64,000 nt of DNA from Candidatus Undinarchaeota archaeon. GTDB lineage: Archaea; SpSt-1190; JASMDC01. The notes beneath the pieces are model-generated. The model saw only the letters and a program-made list of their open reading frames with translations. It ran no database searches and was not told the origin of the DNA. Below, piece after piece: positions 28,490 through 38,099 of this stretch. Numbering within the stretch: the stretch's first letter is position 1; each line of letters starts with the position of its first letter. The position numbers and the translations under genes were made by a program. Location: positions 64,001-128,000 of the forward strand of contig CAZFHY010000007.1 of assembly GCA_964519305.1 (NCBI GenBank), read 5' to 3'.

Positions 28490-29185
28490 TTAGTTCTGCT
28501 TGAGCAGCCAGCGCATTATGTTCACCATGAGGAACTTGTTGTCCGCCTTGAGCAGGTGCTCGTTCGTGATCATGGAACCATCACCGAGAGCGATAATGCG
28601 TCCCTGGCCGGACTCGGACCCAACGATGATCGGAGGATAACCCTCCTCTCCCTCATCCCGCTCCATATCCATGTCTGCGTCAGCGAAGTGGTGATCACCG
28701 TATGCAAGGATGAAGGCGTTGTCGCCGTCCGCTCTGAGCGAGCATCCTGCAAGATAGAGGACCTCTGAGACCCCGCTCATGACCGGGTGGTCATTGTCAA
28801 CTACGATCGGTGTGTAGGCTGTAGGATCCTCGGACTCTTCGGTTACATGGTCCGGATTGAATCCGATCCCAAAGGCAGCAGCTAAGGGAGTGATATTATC
28901 CTTGTGGTTGAGGATGTTCCCGAGCTCTGCGACCAAGAGGAGCCCGCCACCGTTGTCCACGAACTGCTTGAGCGAAGCGACCTCTGCCTCTGTGAATGGT
29001 TTCTGTGGTACATTGACAACGAAAACTCCTGCGTTGGAGATGGCACCGAGACTGGGTGCCGTGCTTACCTCGAAACCATATTGTTTCAAGATGTCCACGA
29101 GGAGGGAGAGTCCCTCTTCTTCTGTGTTCGCGATATGGAAATAGTCTCCATGCGACTCATCAAAAAGGATTGCCTTTCCACCCAT
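28490..29185 (-). CDS. DUF4350/GIFT (class I GATase-like) domain protein
   Basis: ILFDESHG, FVDNGGGLLL and GQGRIIALGD motifs; ATG at 29185. Confidence 0.75.
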   Translation of the reverse strand: MGGKAILFDESHGDYFHIANTEEEGLSLLVDILKQYGFEVSTAPSLGAISNAGVFVVNVPQKPFTEAEVASLKQFVDNGGGLLLVAELGNILNHKDNITPLAAAFGIGFNPDHVTEESEDPTAYTPIVVDNDHPVMSGVSEVLYLAGCSLRADGDNAFILAYGDHHFADADMDMERDEGEEGYPPIIVGSESGQGRIIALGDGSMITNEHLLKADNKFLMVNIMRWLLKQN

Positions 29186-29260
29186 GTTGGTCCTTTTCTC
29201 AGGCAATGCTTAAATCTTGAACCACGCGTGCATCCAAACTCATTATCGAGAGGCCCAACA

Positions 29261-29599
29261 TCACTCGTTGAACAGCATCTGCTCGGCTTCCGGAGAGATC
29301 GGTTCTTCCTCCTCAGGATCACCGAACATACGGGGAGCATCGTCAACACGTTCCTGTACTCCGTAATAGAGCGCAATGAGGTGTGAGCAGAAGCGAGAGT
29401 GGTCCTCCATGAACTCAGGGCACGTGCAAACGAACCTATGGAACGGTCGTGTAAGGTCCTTGATCATACAGAAATGGTCATCTTTGTCATCTGAACAACC
29501 ACCGAAGACCGTACGGTCATGGATATCGTGTATGACTATGAATCCCGATTTGAAGAAACGATGACCTTCGAACACATCATCCATCTCTACCTCTGCCAT
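29261..29599 (-). CDS. SWIM zinc-finger protein
   Basis: CTCPEF...CSHLIAL (CxC...CxH). Confidence 0.75.
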   Translation of the reverse strand: MAEVEMDDVFEGHRFFKSGFIVIHDIHDRTVFGGCSDDKDDHFCMIKDLTRPFHRFVCTCPEFMEDHSRFCSHLIALYYGVQERVDDAPRMFGDPEEEEPISPEAEQMLFNE

Positions 29600-29656
29600 G
29601 TGGAGCCCTTTCCCGTAATGACATTCATAAGTATTTGCGTAACGCGAGGAGTGCCA

Positions 29657-30763
29657 CTAGATCTCTTTGACGCCGAAGCTCGTTCCGACAGAGATGGCGA
29701 CATCGAGGAGATAGTGGTCCTTGGGAACGCAACGTTGTTTCCCGATTGTATCGGAAAGTGGTGAGGATGTTATCTCTCCCCCTTTATCAGCGACAAGTCG
29801 TCCGAACCTTCTCTGTGAAATGAGGTCAACGGCCTTCCTTCCGAACAAGGTGCCGAGCACTCGGTCCCGCGATGATGGAGGACCGCCACGTTGAAGGTGA
29901 CCTAGCACTGTGACGCGTGATTCGATCCCGGTCCGTTCCTGTATTCCATCAGCGACCACCTTTCCGATCCCACCTAACCGGATAGGGTCCGCACTGTCCT
30001 TGACCACACGCTTGACTACCTGTGTACCGCCTGCGGGTTTGGCACCTTCGGATACGACAATGATGGAGAACCGTTTACCGCGACGACTCCGATGGTCCAC
30101 AACCCTGCAGACCTCTTCAATATCGAACGGGATCTCGGGAAGGAGCAGGATGTCGCCACCACCGGCGATACCGGCATGAAGGGCAAGCCATCCAGCGTTC
30201 CGGCCCATGACCTCTATGACCATTGCACGATGGTGTGACATGGCTGTCGTGTGTATCCGGTCCAGAGCTTCAGTTATGATGCCGACCGCGGTGTCGAAGC
30301 CGAACGTGACATCGGTCCCTGCAAGGTCGTTGTCGATGGTCTTTGGGATACCAACGATGTTCATTCCGCGTTCGGCGAGCCTACCTGCAATGGATTGAGT
30401 ACCGTCCCCGCCGATAGTGATGATCGCATCGATACCTAGGTCTCTACAGGTCTCTATCACGCGTTGAGAGACATCCTCCTTGACGAGCTTCCCGTCCTGT
30501 TCGCGCGCGAATGCGAAGGGATCGGCCTTGTTGGATGTCCCGAGAATGGTCCCGCCCAAAGATAGGATCCCTGATACATCGTCGTACGAAAGCGGACGGG
30601 TCCTGCCCTCGATGAGACCGAGGAAGCCGTCCTCGATACCGATGACGTCCCAACCGTGTTCGACGATCGCTGTCTTCGATACGGAACGGATCACGGCATT
30701 AAGGCCCGGACAGTCACCGCCCGCGGTAAGGACACCGATCCTCTCGATCTTTTTATCGACCAT
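29657..30763 (-). CDS. pfkA: 6-phosphofructokinase, PfkA family (predicted ATP-dependent)
   Basis: LTAGGDCPGLNA, GGTILGTS, IGGDGT, PKTIDND, EVMGRNAG and LGHLQRGG motifs; ATG at 30763. Confidence 0.95.
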   Translation of the reverse strand: MVDKKIERIGVLTAGGDCPGLNAVIRSVSKTAIVEHGWDVIGIEDGFLGLIEGRTRPLSYDDVSGILSLGGTILGTSNKADPFAFAREQDGKLVKEDVSQRVIETCRDLGIDAIITIGGDGTQSIAGRLAERGMNIVGIPKTIDNDLAGTDVTFGFDTAVGIITEALDRIHTTAMSHHRAMVIEVMGRNAGWLALHAGIAGGGDILLLPEIPFDIEEVCRVVDHRSRRGKRFSIIVVSEGAKPAGGTQVVKRVVKDSADPIRLGGIGKVVADGIQERTGIESRVTVLGHLQRGGPPSSRDRVLGTLFGRKAVDLISQRRFGRLVADKGGEITSSPLSDTIGKQRCVPKDHYLLDVAISVGTSFGVKEI

Positions 30764-30818
30764 GATGATACACGATCGAAGGTGCGGGCGAACGCTTATA
30801 TTCGTGATGGCGGCGTGC

Positions 30819-33800
30819 TCATTGCGACTGTCCGTCCCAACCTTGGGCAGTCTCTGTTCCACGTGCCTCACCCGTCATGTACCTATATCCATAGTAGGAT
30901 GACACTGCAGGCCTATCCGTGTAAGGACTGGGTGCGGTGGACGTGGAAGTGACGGGAGCTACCGGCGCGACCGTTCGTGGTGTGAGTTCCCTGAAGACGA
31001 CCCTGGCACCGAGCACTAGAACGATAAAGATGGCTAATCCGATGACGGCCAGACCGGGGATGTTCTTCCCGGTGATGAGATCCCACAGGAAGCTCTCCTG
31101 AATCGCCCTGAGGAGCTGGTTGCTCGAGCCGAATTTTATCGTCACGTGCCCTCCGGAAGTGGCGAGTTCGGGGAACGTCTCCGATGTTACCACGATGTCG
31201 ATATCAGCGGTCCCGGCGCTGGACAGGAACGTGAGAGGGAGGAGGAACGCATGCTTGCCATTCGGTTTAATGGTCGGTACCTGTACCTCGGTGAAACCAA
31301 GACGAGCATTGACTGTATTGATACGCACGAAGTAACTATCCGGTACATTGCCCAGGTTAGTGATCTGGACAGGGACGTCTATCACAGGTGTGTCCATCAC
31401 ATCGTAGCTGCCCATGACGTCGATGGAGACAGAGCACGTGCAATCATCGCTCCCCGCGCAGGATTCGCCGATAGCGGTATCGCACACACCGTTAGCGCAG
31501 AAGATGGGTGCACAATCCCTTGAACAGAAGCTGCATTCATGCGCAGCGCATATCCCGTCCCCGCAACCGGCCTTGCACAGCTCCTCATAGGCATCGCACA
31601 CCTTACCATCAAGACACCCACAGTCCTGGCAACAGTTATCCTCGTTCTCCGTGGGTCTATCACATACACTATCTCCGCACCACACGCCAACGCATCCTGT
31701 CGAATCGGCGTCGGTCCTGTGTGGATCACAGACGTGAAGAGGACCGTCGCATGCGCACCCAGGACCTGTACGGCAATCCTCGATAAGGGTATTGCACCTT
31801 TTGACGGTCGGACAGCCGTCCCTGCGATTGGGATCACGAGGACAATCTTCGTCAGTGTCCGGTACGCCATCGCCATCGATATCACGTCGGCATGTACCCT
31901 GAGAGCATGTGTGGAGCGGGCCATATGTGCTCGTGCACTCGGAATTCGCAGTGCAGGGAACGCAAAGGCCGCGTTCGCAGACCTGGCCTTGTTCCTGACA
32001 TACCTTGATATTGGTGACGACGCAACGCTCGCTCACGCATGAGAACTTCAGGACGAGTGATCCGAGGCACGCAGTGGGGCACTCTTCGTCCTTCAGGCAC
32101 GGGAATCCCTTTCGCTGCGGATCCGGATCTATTTGGTCCGGGATGTTGTCATCGTCCATATCGGACACGCATCCGCCTTCGTCCGCATGGTCGCTCCACG
32201 GATCGCAAACGCTTCCCTCAGAACACCTACAATCGGGACACCAGAGACAGTTCTCACCAGCATCCTTCCTGCACACGCCATCGATACATGTCTGGACACA
32301 CCGCTCCTCGATACATGTATGCCCAAGGCCGTAGTCGATGGTGCAGACAACATCCGAGTCACAGCCCGAGCATCCGCTCGTCGTGCATATGGTGCCATCC
32401 TTGCAGGTATAATCCACACCCTTCTTGCAGAGGAAGTCCTCGCATACGAACGGGACGAACACGTTGTCCTCGCACAGGTTCGGACAGTTATCGTTGTTCG
32501 TACAGTTGAGTACCCGGCAGGCTCCACTGACAGGTTCGCATTGCTTGCCTTGACCATACTGGGCCGCGCATGCCTCGGTCGATGTACAAGCCATGCACCC
32601 TTCCTTCTCGCAGACGAGATATGAATCAGAACATTCACGGTTACGTCTCTCGCAAGAACCGCCGATGCAGGCGTAACCGATATGCAAGGTCCCATCACAT
32701 TTGTTGTACCGGGAGCAGTCCCCATCGTTCAGGCATGGACCGCAGGAGCCTGCACGGCAGAAGAGCATTTCAGTTGAACAATCCCGAGTTCCTGCATCTA
32801 CGCAGGCACCATCAGTGCAATCCTTGAGCAGGGCGGTGTTATCGTCACATGATCCCGGGCACTTCAACGTGTCGATGCACACGCCTGTTAGGGAACACGA
32901 TCCGAGACCACCCTCGGTGCAACATGTAGCGTTCTCCGGTCCGCATCGCCATGAACCACCGACGCAACGAACGGATTCAGTGCATGGCCCAGTGCCACAC
33001 TTCGCGTAAGGAGGGATGCCCCCGAGCTTGTCGCCTAGACTGACGCATTGACCGTCACAGCAATAACCGGTCGAGTCCAAGGTGTCGCAGGGTGCACCTT
33101 CGGGTCCGCACGCATCCTTACACAGACCGTCAGCACAGAAGTGCAGGTCACAATCTGCTTGGGTGATGCAAGGACGAGCTGCTCTGCAGGTACCTGATGC
33201 ACAGATCCCTGAGGCGCACTGGCAGTCGAGAAGGCATGATCCGCTGTCAGGAACACCTCCCGCTACGGCACAGGCCTTCTCCACACAGCAGTCCGAAGCA
33301 CAGGTCTCCGGATTGAGACAGAACCCAGCGAGGTCCCGAAGACAGGTCCGCTTGCGGTTATTGCATTTTAGTCCTTGATCACATGCGCAATCATCCGTAC
33401 AGGAACCATCGAGACCGACGGATCCCTTGACGGTACACACTTCCTTCGATGCGCACCCTGACGCGCATTCAGCGTGGCCAGTGGCATTCGTGCCCAGCTC
33501 CCTCAGGCATGACCCATCAGTGCATTCGAGCCCGCTGATGCAGTCGTTGTCGATGATGCATTGCTGAGCTAGCGTTTGGTCACCGCGTTCCCTGCAGGTG
33601 CTTCCTTTGCAGACACCGGAACTGCACTGGTCGGCAGAGTCGCACTCTACTCCGACCTTTTTGAGACATTTACCTCCTGTACATCCCATTGTGAGGCTGC
33701 ACTGGCAGTCATTTGAGCAGGTCTCGTTGAGGGTGACCGTTTCCCTCGGTACGCATGTAGCGGTTGCGCAGCATGAGGTCGCACAGTCGTTATCGAGGGA

Positions 33801-36047
33801 GCATGAACCGCCGGTCTTTGCTAGACAGAGTCCGGACTCATCGGTTATGAACTCCTTGACGCAGGAGTGTCCCGTACCGCATTCGCAGGTCTCCCTGCAC
33901 GGGTCCCCTGACGTGACCGAATCCTTGGGTACGCACCTGGCGTTCGCGCAACATCCTGAAGCGCACTCGGTCGTGAACGTGCATGCCCGGCCAAGGCCGC
34001 TCCTGCACAGTCCTTCTGCACACGTTAGCCCACCTTCGCACTGGCATGTTCCACTGCATACGTCACCAAGGGCAACAGCCAGGGATCCAAGGCAAAGACC
34101 GTTAGCGCAACAGCCAGACGTACACTGCTCATCGTCTTGGCATGATGCCCCGTCTTCCCTTTTACAGATCCCGGGGTCCTTGCACGAGAGCGTCGACGCG
34201 CACTGGCAATCGGTCTCGCACGGTCCATCAAAGACCATTGTCGTACCACAGGCACCTCCACAACAGCGTCCGAGAGCCCCGTCATCAGTTATGCAGATTG
34301 CACCCGTGTTATCCGTGCACCATCCGCACTCGCTCGGTGTACCGCTACCTAGCCTGTCGATACATGTCGTCTGATATCGACAATCATCGGAGTCCGAACA
34401 ATCGTCGGAGCAGATCCCGTTCGTACACGGGTACGGGCCGCATGACTTTCCGTTCCCGCAAGAACCTCCGGAGCAAGTACCCCTGCTCCCGGGGCCATCG
34501 CAGCAGTAGCCGCCCTCGCTCGAACAGACCAAGTTGCTCCCGCACACGACCTTACCTGAGCACGAGCCTGAACCACACGTGTCGTCTGAGTTGAGAAGAT
34601 GATCGCCATTGTTGTCGGTCAGAGGGGTGGACCGGCACTCACCGTCACAACAGTAGCCAGTACCGGTCGAGACGTCGCAGCGTGCACCATCGACCTTGCA
34701 CGTGTCACAAACATCAAGGGAACCGTCAGCGTTAACGTCGATGCATGCATATGACGCACTACAGCCTGACGAGGATGTACAACCTTTCTTGCATGCCTTC
34801 TTCCCTGCTTCCAATGAGATGCATTTGAAACCGGACGCGCAGTCACCGTCCGTTATGCAGGACACACTGCATGAACCGGCCATGCAGATGTTCGGGTCGC
34901 ATGCATGTACCCCACTGTCTGCAGTGCACTCCCCTGTAGCATCGCATCCATAGAGGTTGTCGCCAGCACCGCAACACGGCTTGCCCTTGGACGCGCATTC
35001 CCAAGCCGGGCCTCCAGGGGCATCAGTGATGCATTCATATGCGGAGATGCACTGCCCGGAGCCACAACCATCCACGCCCGAGTCGAGGACATCGTTGCCG
35101 TTCACGTCGACGACTGATCCGGGGACTATAGCGCACTCATCACCGCAGCATCGTCCTGTACGGCCTTGCTCATCCTTGCATGTCGCGCCCGGATTGTCCT
35201 CGCATGATGAGCACACAAGGTCGGCACCATCAACGGTCGTAATGCAGTCAGCGTCGCCGGAAGGGTGACAGTCGCTTGCATCAGAGCATGCTCGTTCTAT
35301 GACGAGCTCGGGACCGATAGGGCTAGTGGTGAGCATGTTGACTCCGGTGAAGGGTGCTGAATCGACAGCGACACATTCACCACCCGCCGTTGAGCAAGGA
35401 AGGTCTGGTAGCGATGGCCAAGTGTAGTAATGCGTGGGTTTGAACGCCTCGACGTGGAAAAGGATGGTCAGCCATCCAGACCTGTGTGCGAACGCGACGG
35501 CATCCGATACATCACGTTCGATAAGACAACTATCTCCAGAACAGTCAGTTCCCGCGTCACCAAGGGAGTAGTCGTTGCACGCTTCACGGACGTTGGGGAT
35601 ATTGCATGATCCGAAGGAGCAGTAATAGAGCGTTACCTTACCTTCGGGAGAACAGATGCCATTCTCAGCTTCAGCACAGGCATGGTGGAGCTTGAGGACC
35701 GCAGAACTGAACGGAGTCTGACCAGATATCTGGAACGCGATAACCGCTCCATTGTTCAACGGCTCAAGAGGATCCTGGCAACAACCGACATCTTCGATCA
35801 TATCCTCCCTGCATGGCTTGTCATCCAGCTCACGACAGCATCCGCCAAGGGACTTGCCGGGGATACATCCTGCATGGCGATAGGTCTGGCGGACGGCAAC
35901 TCGAGCGAAATCGGCATCAATGTCGACAGCACCTTCCGTGCTTACCGACCCCGTGCACAACGGACCGATAGTGGCCCCTGAAGAGAGCACAAGAAGGAGG
36001 ATGAGCGCACAGGAACAGGCCCGTATCCTTCCCCTGGGCGCTCCCAT
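30819..36047 (-). CDS. Giant Cys-rich, C-terminally membrane-anchored surface protein (adhesin-like, ~1740 aa)
   Basis: Signal peptide; many C..D.DC / C.SGCC repeats; DxDxDG Ca-binding motifs (DMDDDNIPDQID, DIDGDGVPD); CGDGIC repeats; Ig-like domain; transmembrane helix GLAVIGLAIFIVLVLGA and cytoplasmic tail. Confidence 0.88.
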   Translation of the reverse strand: MGAPRGRIRACSCALILLLVLSSGATIGPLCTGSVSTEGAVDIDADFARVAVRQTYRHAGCIPGKSLGGCCRELDDKPCREDMIEDVGCCQDPLEPLNNGAVIAFQISGQTPFSSAVLKLHHACAEAENGICSPEGKVTLYYCSFGSCNIPNVREACNDYSLGDAGTDCSGDSCLIERDVSDAVAFAHRSGWLTILFHVEAFKPTHYYTWPSLPDLPCSTAGGECVAVDSAPFTGVNMLTTSPIGPELVIERACSDASDCHPSGDADCITTVDGADLVCSSCEDNPGATCKDEQGRTGRCCGDECAIVPGSVVDVNGNDVLDSGVDGCGSGQCISAYECITDAPGGPAWECASKGKPCCGAGDNLYGCDATGECTADSGVHACDPNICMAGSCSVSCITDGDCASGFKCISLEAGKKACKKGCTSSSGCSASYACIDVNADGSLDVCDTCKVDGARCDVSTGTGYCCDGECRSTPLTDNNGDHLLNSDDTCGSGSCSGKVVCGSNLVCSSEGGYCCDGPGSRGTCSGGSCGNGKSCGPYPCTNGICSDDCSDSDDCRYQTTCIDRLGSGTPSECGWCTDNTGAICITDDGALGRCCGGACGTTMVFDGPCETDCQCASTLSCKDPGICKREDGASCQDDEQCTSGCCANGLCLGSLAVALGDVCSGTCQCEGGLTCAEGLCRSGLGRACTFTTECASGCCANARCVPKDSVTSGDPCRETCECGTGHSCVKEFITDESGLCLAKTGGSCSLDNDCATSCCATATCVPRETVTLNETCSNDCQCSLTMGCTGGKCLKKVGVECDSADQCSSGVCKGSTCRERGDQTLAQQCIIDNDCISGLECTDGSCLRELGTNATGHAECASGCASKEVCTVKGSVGLDGSCTDDCACDQGLKCNNRKRTCLRDLAGFCLNPETCASDCCVEKACAVAGGVPDSGSCLLDCQCASGICASGTCRAARPCITQADCDLHFCADGLCKDACGPEGAPCDTLDSTGYCCDGQCVSLGDKLGGIPPYAKCGTGPCTESVRCVGGSWRCGPENATCCTEGGLGSCSLTGVCIDTLKCPGSCDDNTALLKDCTDGACVDAGTRDCSTEMLFCRAGSCGPCLNDGDCSRYNKCDGTLHIGYACIGGSCERRNRECSDSYLVCEKEGCMACTSTEACAAQYGQGKQCEPVSGACRVLNCTNNDNCPNLCEDNVFVPFVCEDFLCKKGVDYTCKDGTICTTSGCSGCDSDVVCTIDYGLGHTCIEERCVQTCIDGVCRKDAGENCLWCPDCRCSEGSVCDPWSDHADEGGCVSDMDDDNIPDQIDPDPQRKGFPCLKDEECPTACLGSLVLKFSCVSERCVVTNIKVCQEQGQVCERGLCVPCTANSECTSTYGPLHTCSQGTCRRDIDGDGVPDTDEDCPRDPNRRDGCPTVKRCNTLIEDCRTGPGCACDGPLHVCDPHRTDADSTGCVGVWCGDSVCDRPTENEDNCCQDCGCLDGKVCDAYEELCKAGCGDGICAAHECSFCSRDCAPIFCANGVCDTAIGESCAGSDDCTCSVSIDVMGSYDVMDTPVIDVPVQITNLGNVPDSYFVRINTVNARLGFTEVQVPTIKPNGKHAFLLPLTFLSSAGTADIDIVVTSETFPELATSGGHVTIKFGSSNQLLRAIQESFLWDLITGKNIPGLAVIGLAIFIVLVLGARVVFRELTPRTVAPVAPVTSTSTAPSPYTDRPAVSSYYGYRYMTGEARGTETAQGWDGQSQ

Positions 36048-36165
36048 CGCTATCAATCCACACTCTCTTCATCCTTGTTTAAATAACTTGGTAAGACATC
36101 ACCATTGGGCCAAGCCCGCCCCTGAGCGGGAAGCTTATTAAAGCTGCTCATGTCCCCAATTAATA

Positions 36166-36639
36166 ATGGTCCCGAGCGTGGACGATGTGTTCCCTGTGAC
36201 AGAGATGGGGTTCGGTGAGAACATCGAAGGGGGCCTATGCTATGCTCTTGGCCCATTATCAGCCACGTTCTTCCTCACTAAGGAATGGAACAACTATTTC
36301 GTGAGGTTCCATGCGATCCAGTCCATCCTTGCGTCGACCGCTCTTACGCTCATCGTGTTCCTCATTCCAATCACCCTGATCATTGCCATCTCATACCAGG
36401 CCATGGACGTGGAAGCTGTCAACACCCTCGATGAGGAAGAGATGATCAAGCTATTAGGTGCGGCCGCCATTGTCATTATCGCCATGAACGTTCTAGTGAT
36501 CGTTGCTATCGCATTCTTCGTTCTTGCGATGTACAAGGCTTTCCTGGGGGTACGGTACAAGCTACCGCTGGTGGGCGCTCTCGCCGATAGATGGTCATCC
36601 CCTCCACCGGATGGACCAGTATTGATCTATGACGGATAA
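36166..36639 (+). CDS. DUF4870-family membrane protein
   Basis: ENIEGGLCY, FVRFHAIQS and YKLPLVG motifs. Confidence 0.85.
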   Translation: MVPSVDDVFPVTEMGFGENIEGGLCYALGPLSATFFLTKEWNNYFVRFHAIQSILASTALTLIVFLIPITLIIAISYQAMDVEAVNTLDEEEMIKLLGAAAIVIIAMNVLVIVAIAFFVLAMYKAFLGVRYKLPLVGALADRWSSPPPDGPVLIYDG

Positions 36640-36805
36640 ACCGTTCAAACAGCATTATTCTAAACGGTATCCGGTCCTATCACTGTGTAAGGGCGTCGGT
36701 GTCCCGGTCACAAGCATAGTCTAGGGAGGCCGAGAAGCATGTCCTGGACCTAGCGTAGCTTTTTAAAATACCAACAGACTCACGGTGAATAAGTACAGGT
36801 GTTGA

Positions 36806-37297
36806 ATGACCATGCCTAACGGACAACAGACCCCAACGGCCCTTGGCGTCACCGAGAACCTCGGAGGTGCTCTTGCCTACTTACTGGGACCTATCACAGG
36901 GATCCTCTTCCTGCTCATCGAGAAGAACAACAAGTTCGTGCGTTTCCACGCCATGCAGTCGACCATTCTCTGGGTGGCTATGTTCATCCTCCAGAGCATA
37001 CTGGCGGTAATACCGATCCTCGGATGGCTCGTGCTCGTACTCTTGATCCCGATACAGATCATCCTGTGGCTCTTCCTGATGTACAAGGGATACTCGCATG
37101 AGTGGTACAAGCTCCCCGTTGTCGGGGACATCGCCGAGCAGCAGATGGGTGCTATCGGTGGAGCTCCCGCTGGTGCTCCGCAGCAGGGCACCCAACAGCC
37201 TCAACAGGGCTACCAGCCTCAGCAGGGCTACCAACAGCCCTTCCAGCAGGGACAGCAGCCGCCCCCGCAGGGACAGGAGCCCTACTACCAGGGCTAG
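36806..37297 (+). CDS. DUF4870-family membrane protein with Q/G/P/Y-rich tail
   Basis: ENLGGALAY, FVRFHAMQS and YKLPVVG motifs; PQQGY repeats; AGGTG RBS. Confidence 0.88.
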   Translation: MTMPNGQQTPTALGVTENLGGALAYLLGPITGILFLLIEKNNKFVRFHAMQSTILWVAMFILQSILAVIPILGWLVLVLLIPIQIILWLFLMYKGYSHEWYKLPVVGDIAEQQMGAIGGAPAGAPQQGTQQPQQGYQPQQGYQQPFQQGQQPPPQGQEPYYQG

Positions 37298-37357
37298 GAC
37301 GACTTAGTCGTGACCGGGACCTCGAGTGAATGGGGTCCCTTCCTTCCTTCAGAAGGT

Positions 37358-38038
37358 TCAGCTCTCGACCTCGTACTGTAGCCAAACGATGCCCTCCTTG
37401 AGCTCTTCGGCCTTCTTCAAACGGACCTTGATGGGCCCATCCGGCCCTTCCAAACCTACATCACTGAACAAGGACGTGGATCGTGTACCGCCCACCAGGC
37501 ACGGATGAACGAGAACGCTCACCTCGTCAACGAGCTCGGCCCTGAGCATGACACCGTTGAGGGTGCCTCCGCTGTCCATACGGACCGTCCTCACGCCATA
37601 ACGCTCATTTAACGCCATCAGAGCGGCGCGCATATCGACATGGTCTGATCCCGCAACGATGGTCCCGATCTGACGCTCTTCCAGATAATCGATGTACTCC
37701 TGTGGGGTGGATGTTGAGATGAGTGCGACGAAATCCCGCCAGATCCCGCTGTTACGCAGATGGTGCCACGTGCGTACGCGTCCACGACTGTCAGGGATTA
37801 CTAGGAGCGGGCGTTCATCGTCAGGATCGACCTTCCATGGCTTGAGATCATCGGGGGTCTCTGCCGGGACCTCCTCGCCGAACAGCTCCGGTCCCTTGAT
37901 GATGGTGTCGGCACCTGCAAGGGTGGCGTCCTCATTCCACTGCTGGATTAGCCCGTAGTAGGTCTCCATGTCGGGCATGAAACCGGTGATACGACCATCG
38001 ACGCTCGAGGCGTTATGGATGATGACTCGGGGAAGCAT
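37358..38038 (-). CDS. RibD C-terminal/DHFR-family reductase
   Basis: PRVIIHNASSVDGRI, DSGGTLN and LVDEVSVLVHP motifs. Confidence 0.88.
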   Translation of the reverse strand: MLPRVIIHNASSVDGRITGFMPDMETYYGLIQQWNEDATLAGADTIIKGPELFGEEVPAETPDDLKPWKVDPDDERPLLVIPDSRGRVRTWHHLRNSGIWRDFVALISTSTPQEYIDYLEERQIGTIVAGSDHVDMRAALMALNERYGVRTVRMDSGGTLNGVMLRAELVDEVSVLVHPCLVGGTRSTSLFSDVGLEGPDGPIKVRLKKAEELKEGIVWLQYEVES

Positions 38039-38099
38039 GAACGTATACAATTCGGAAAGAGATAAATCCGTATTTCAGAGGTGACGTGGTGTACGTTGT

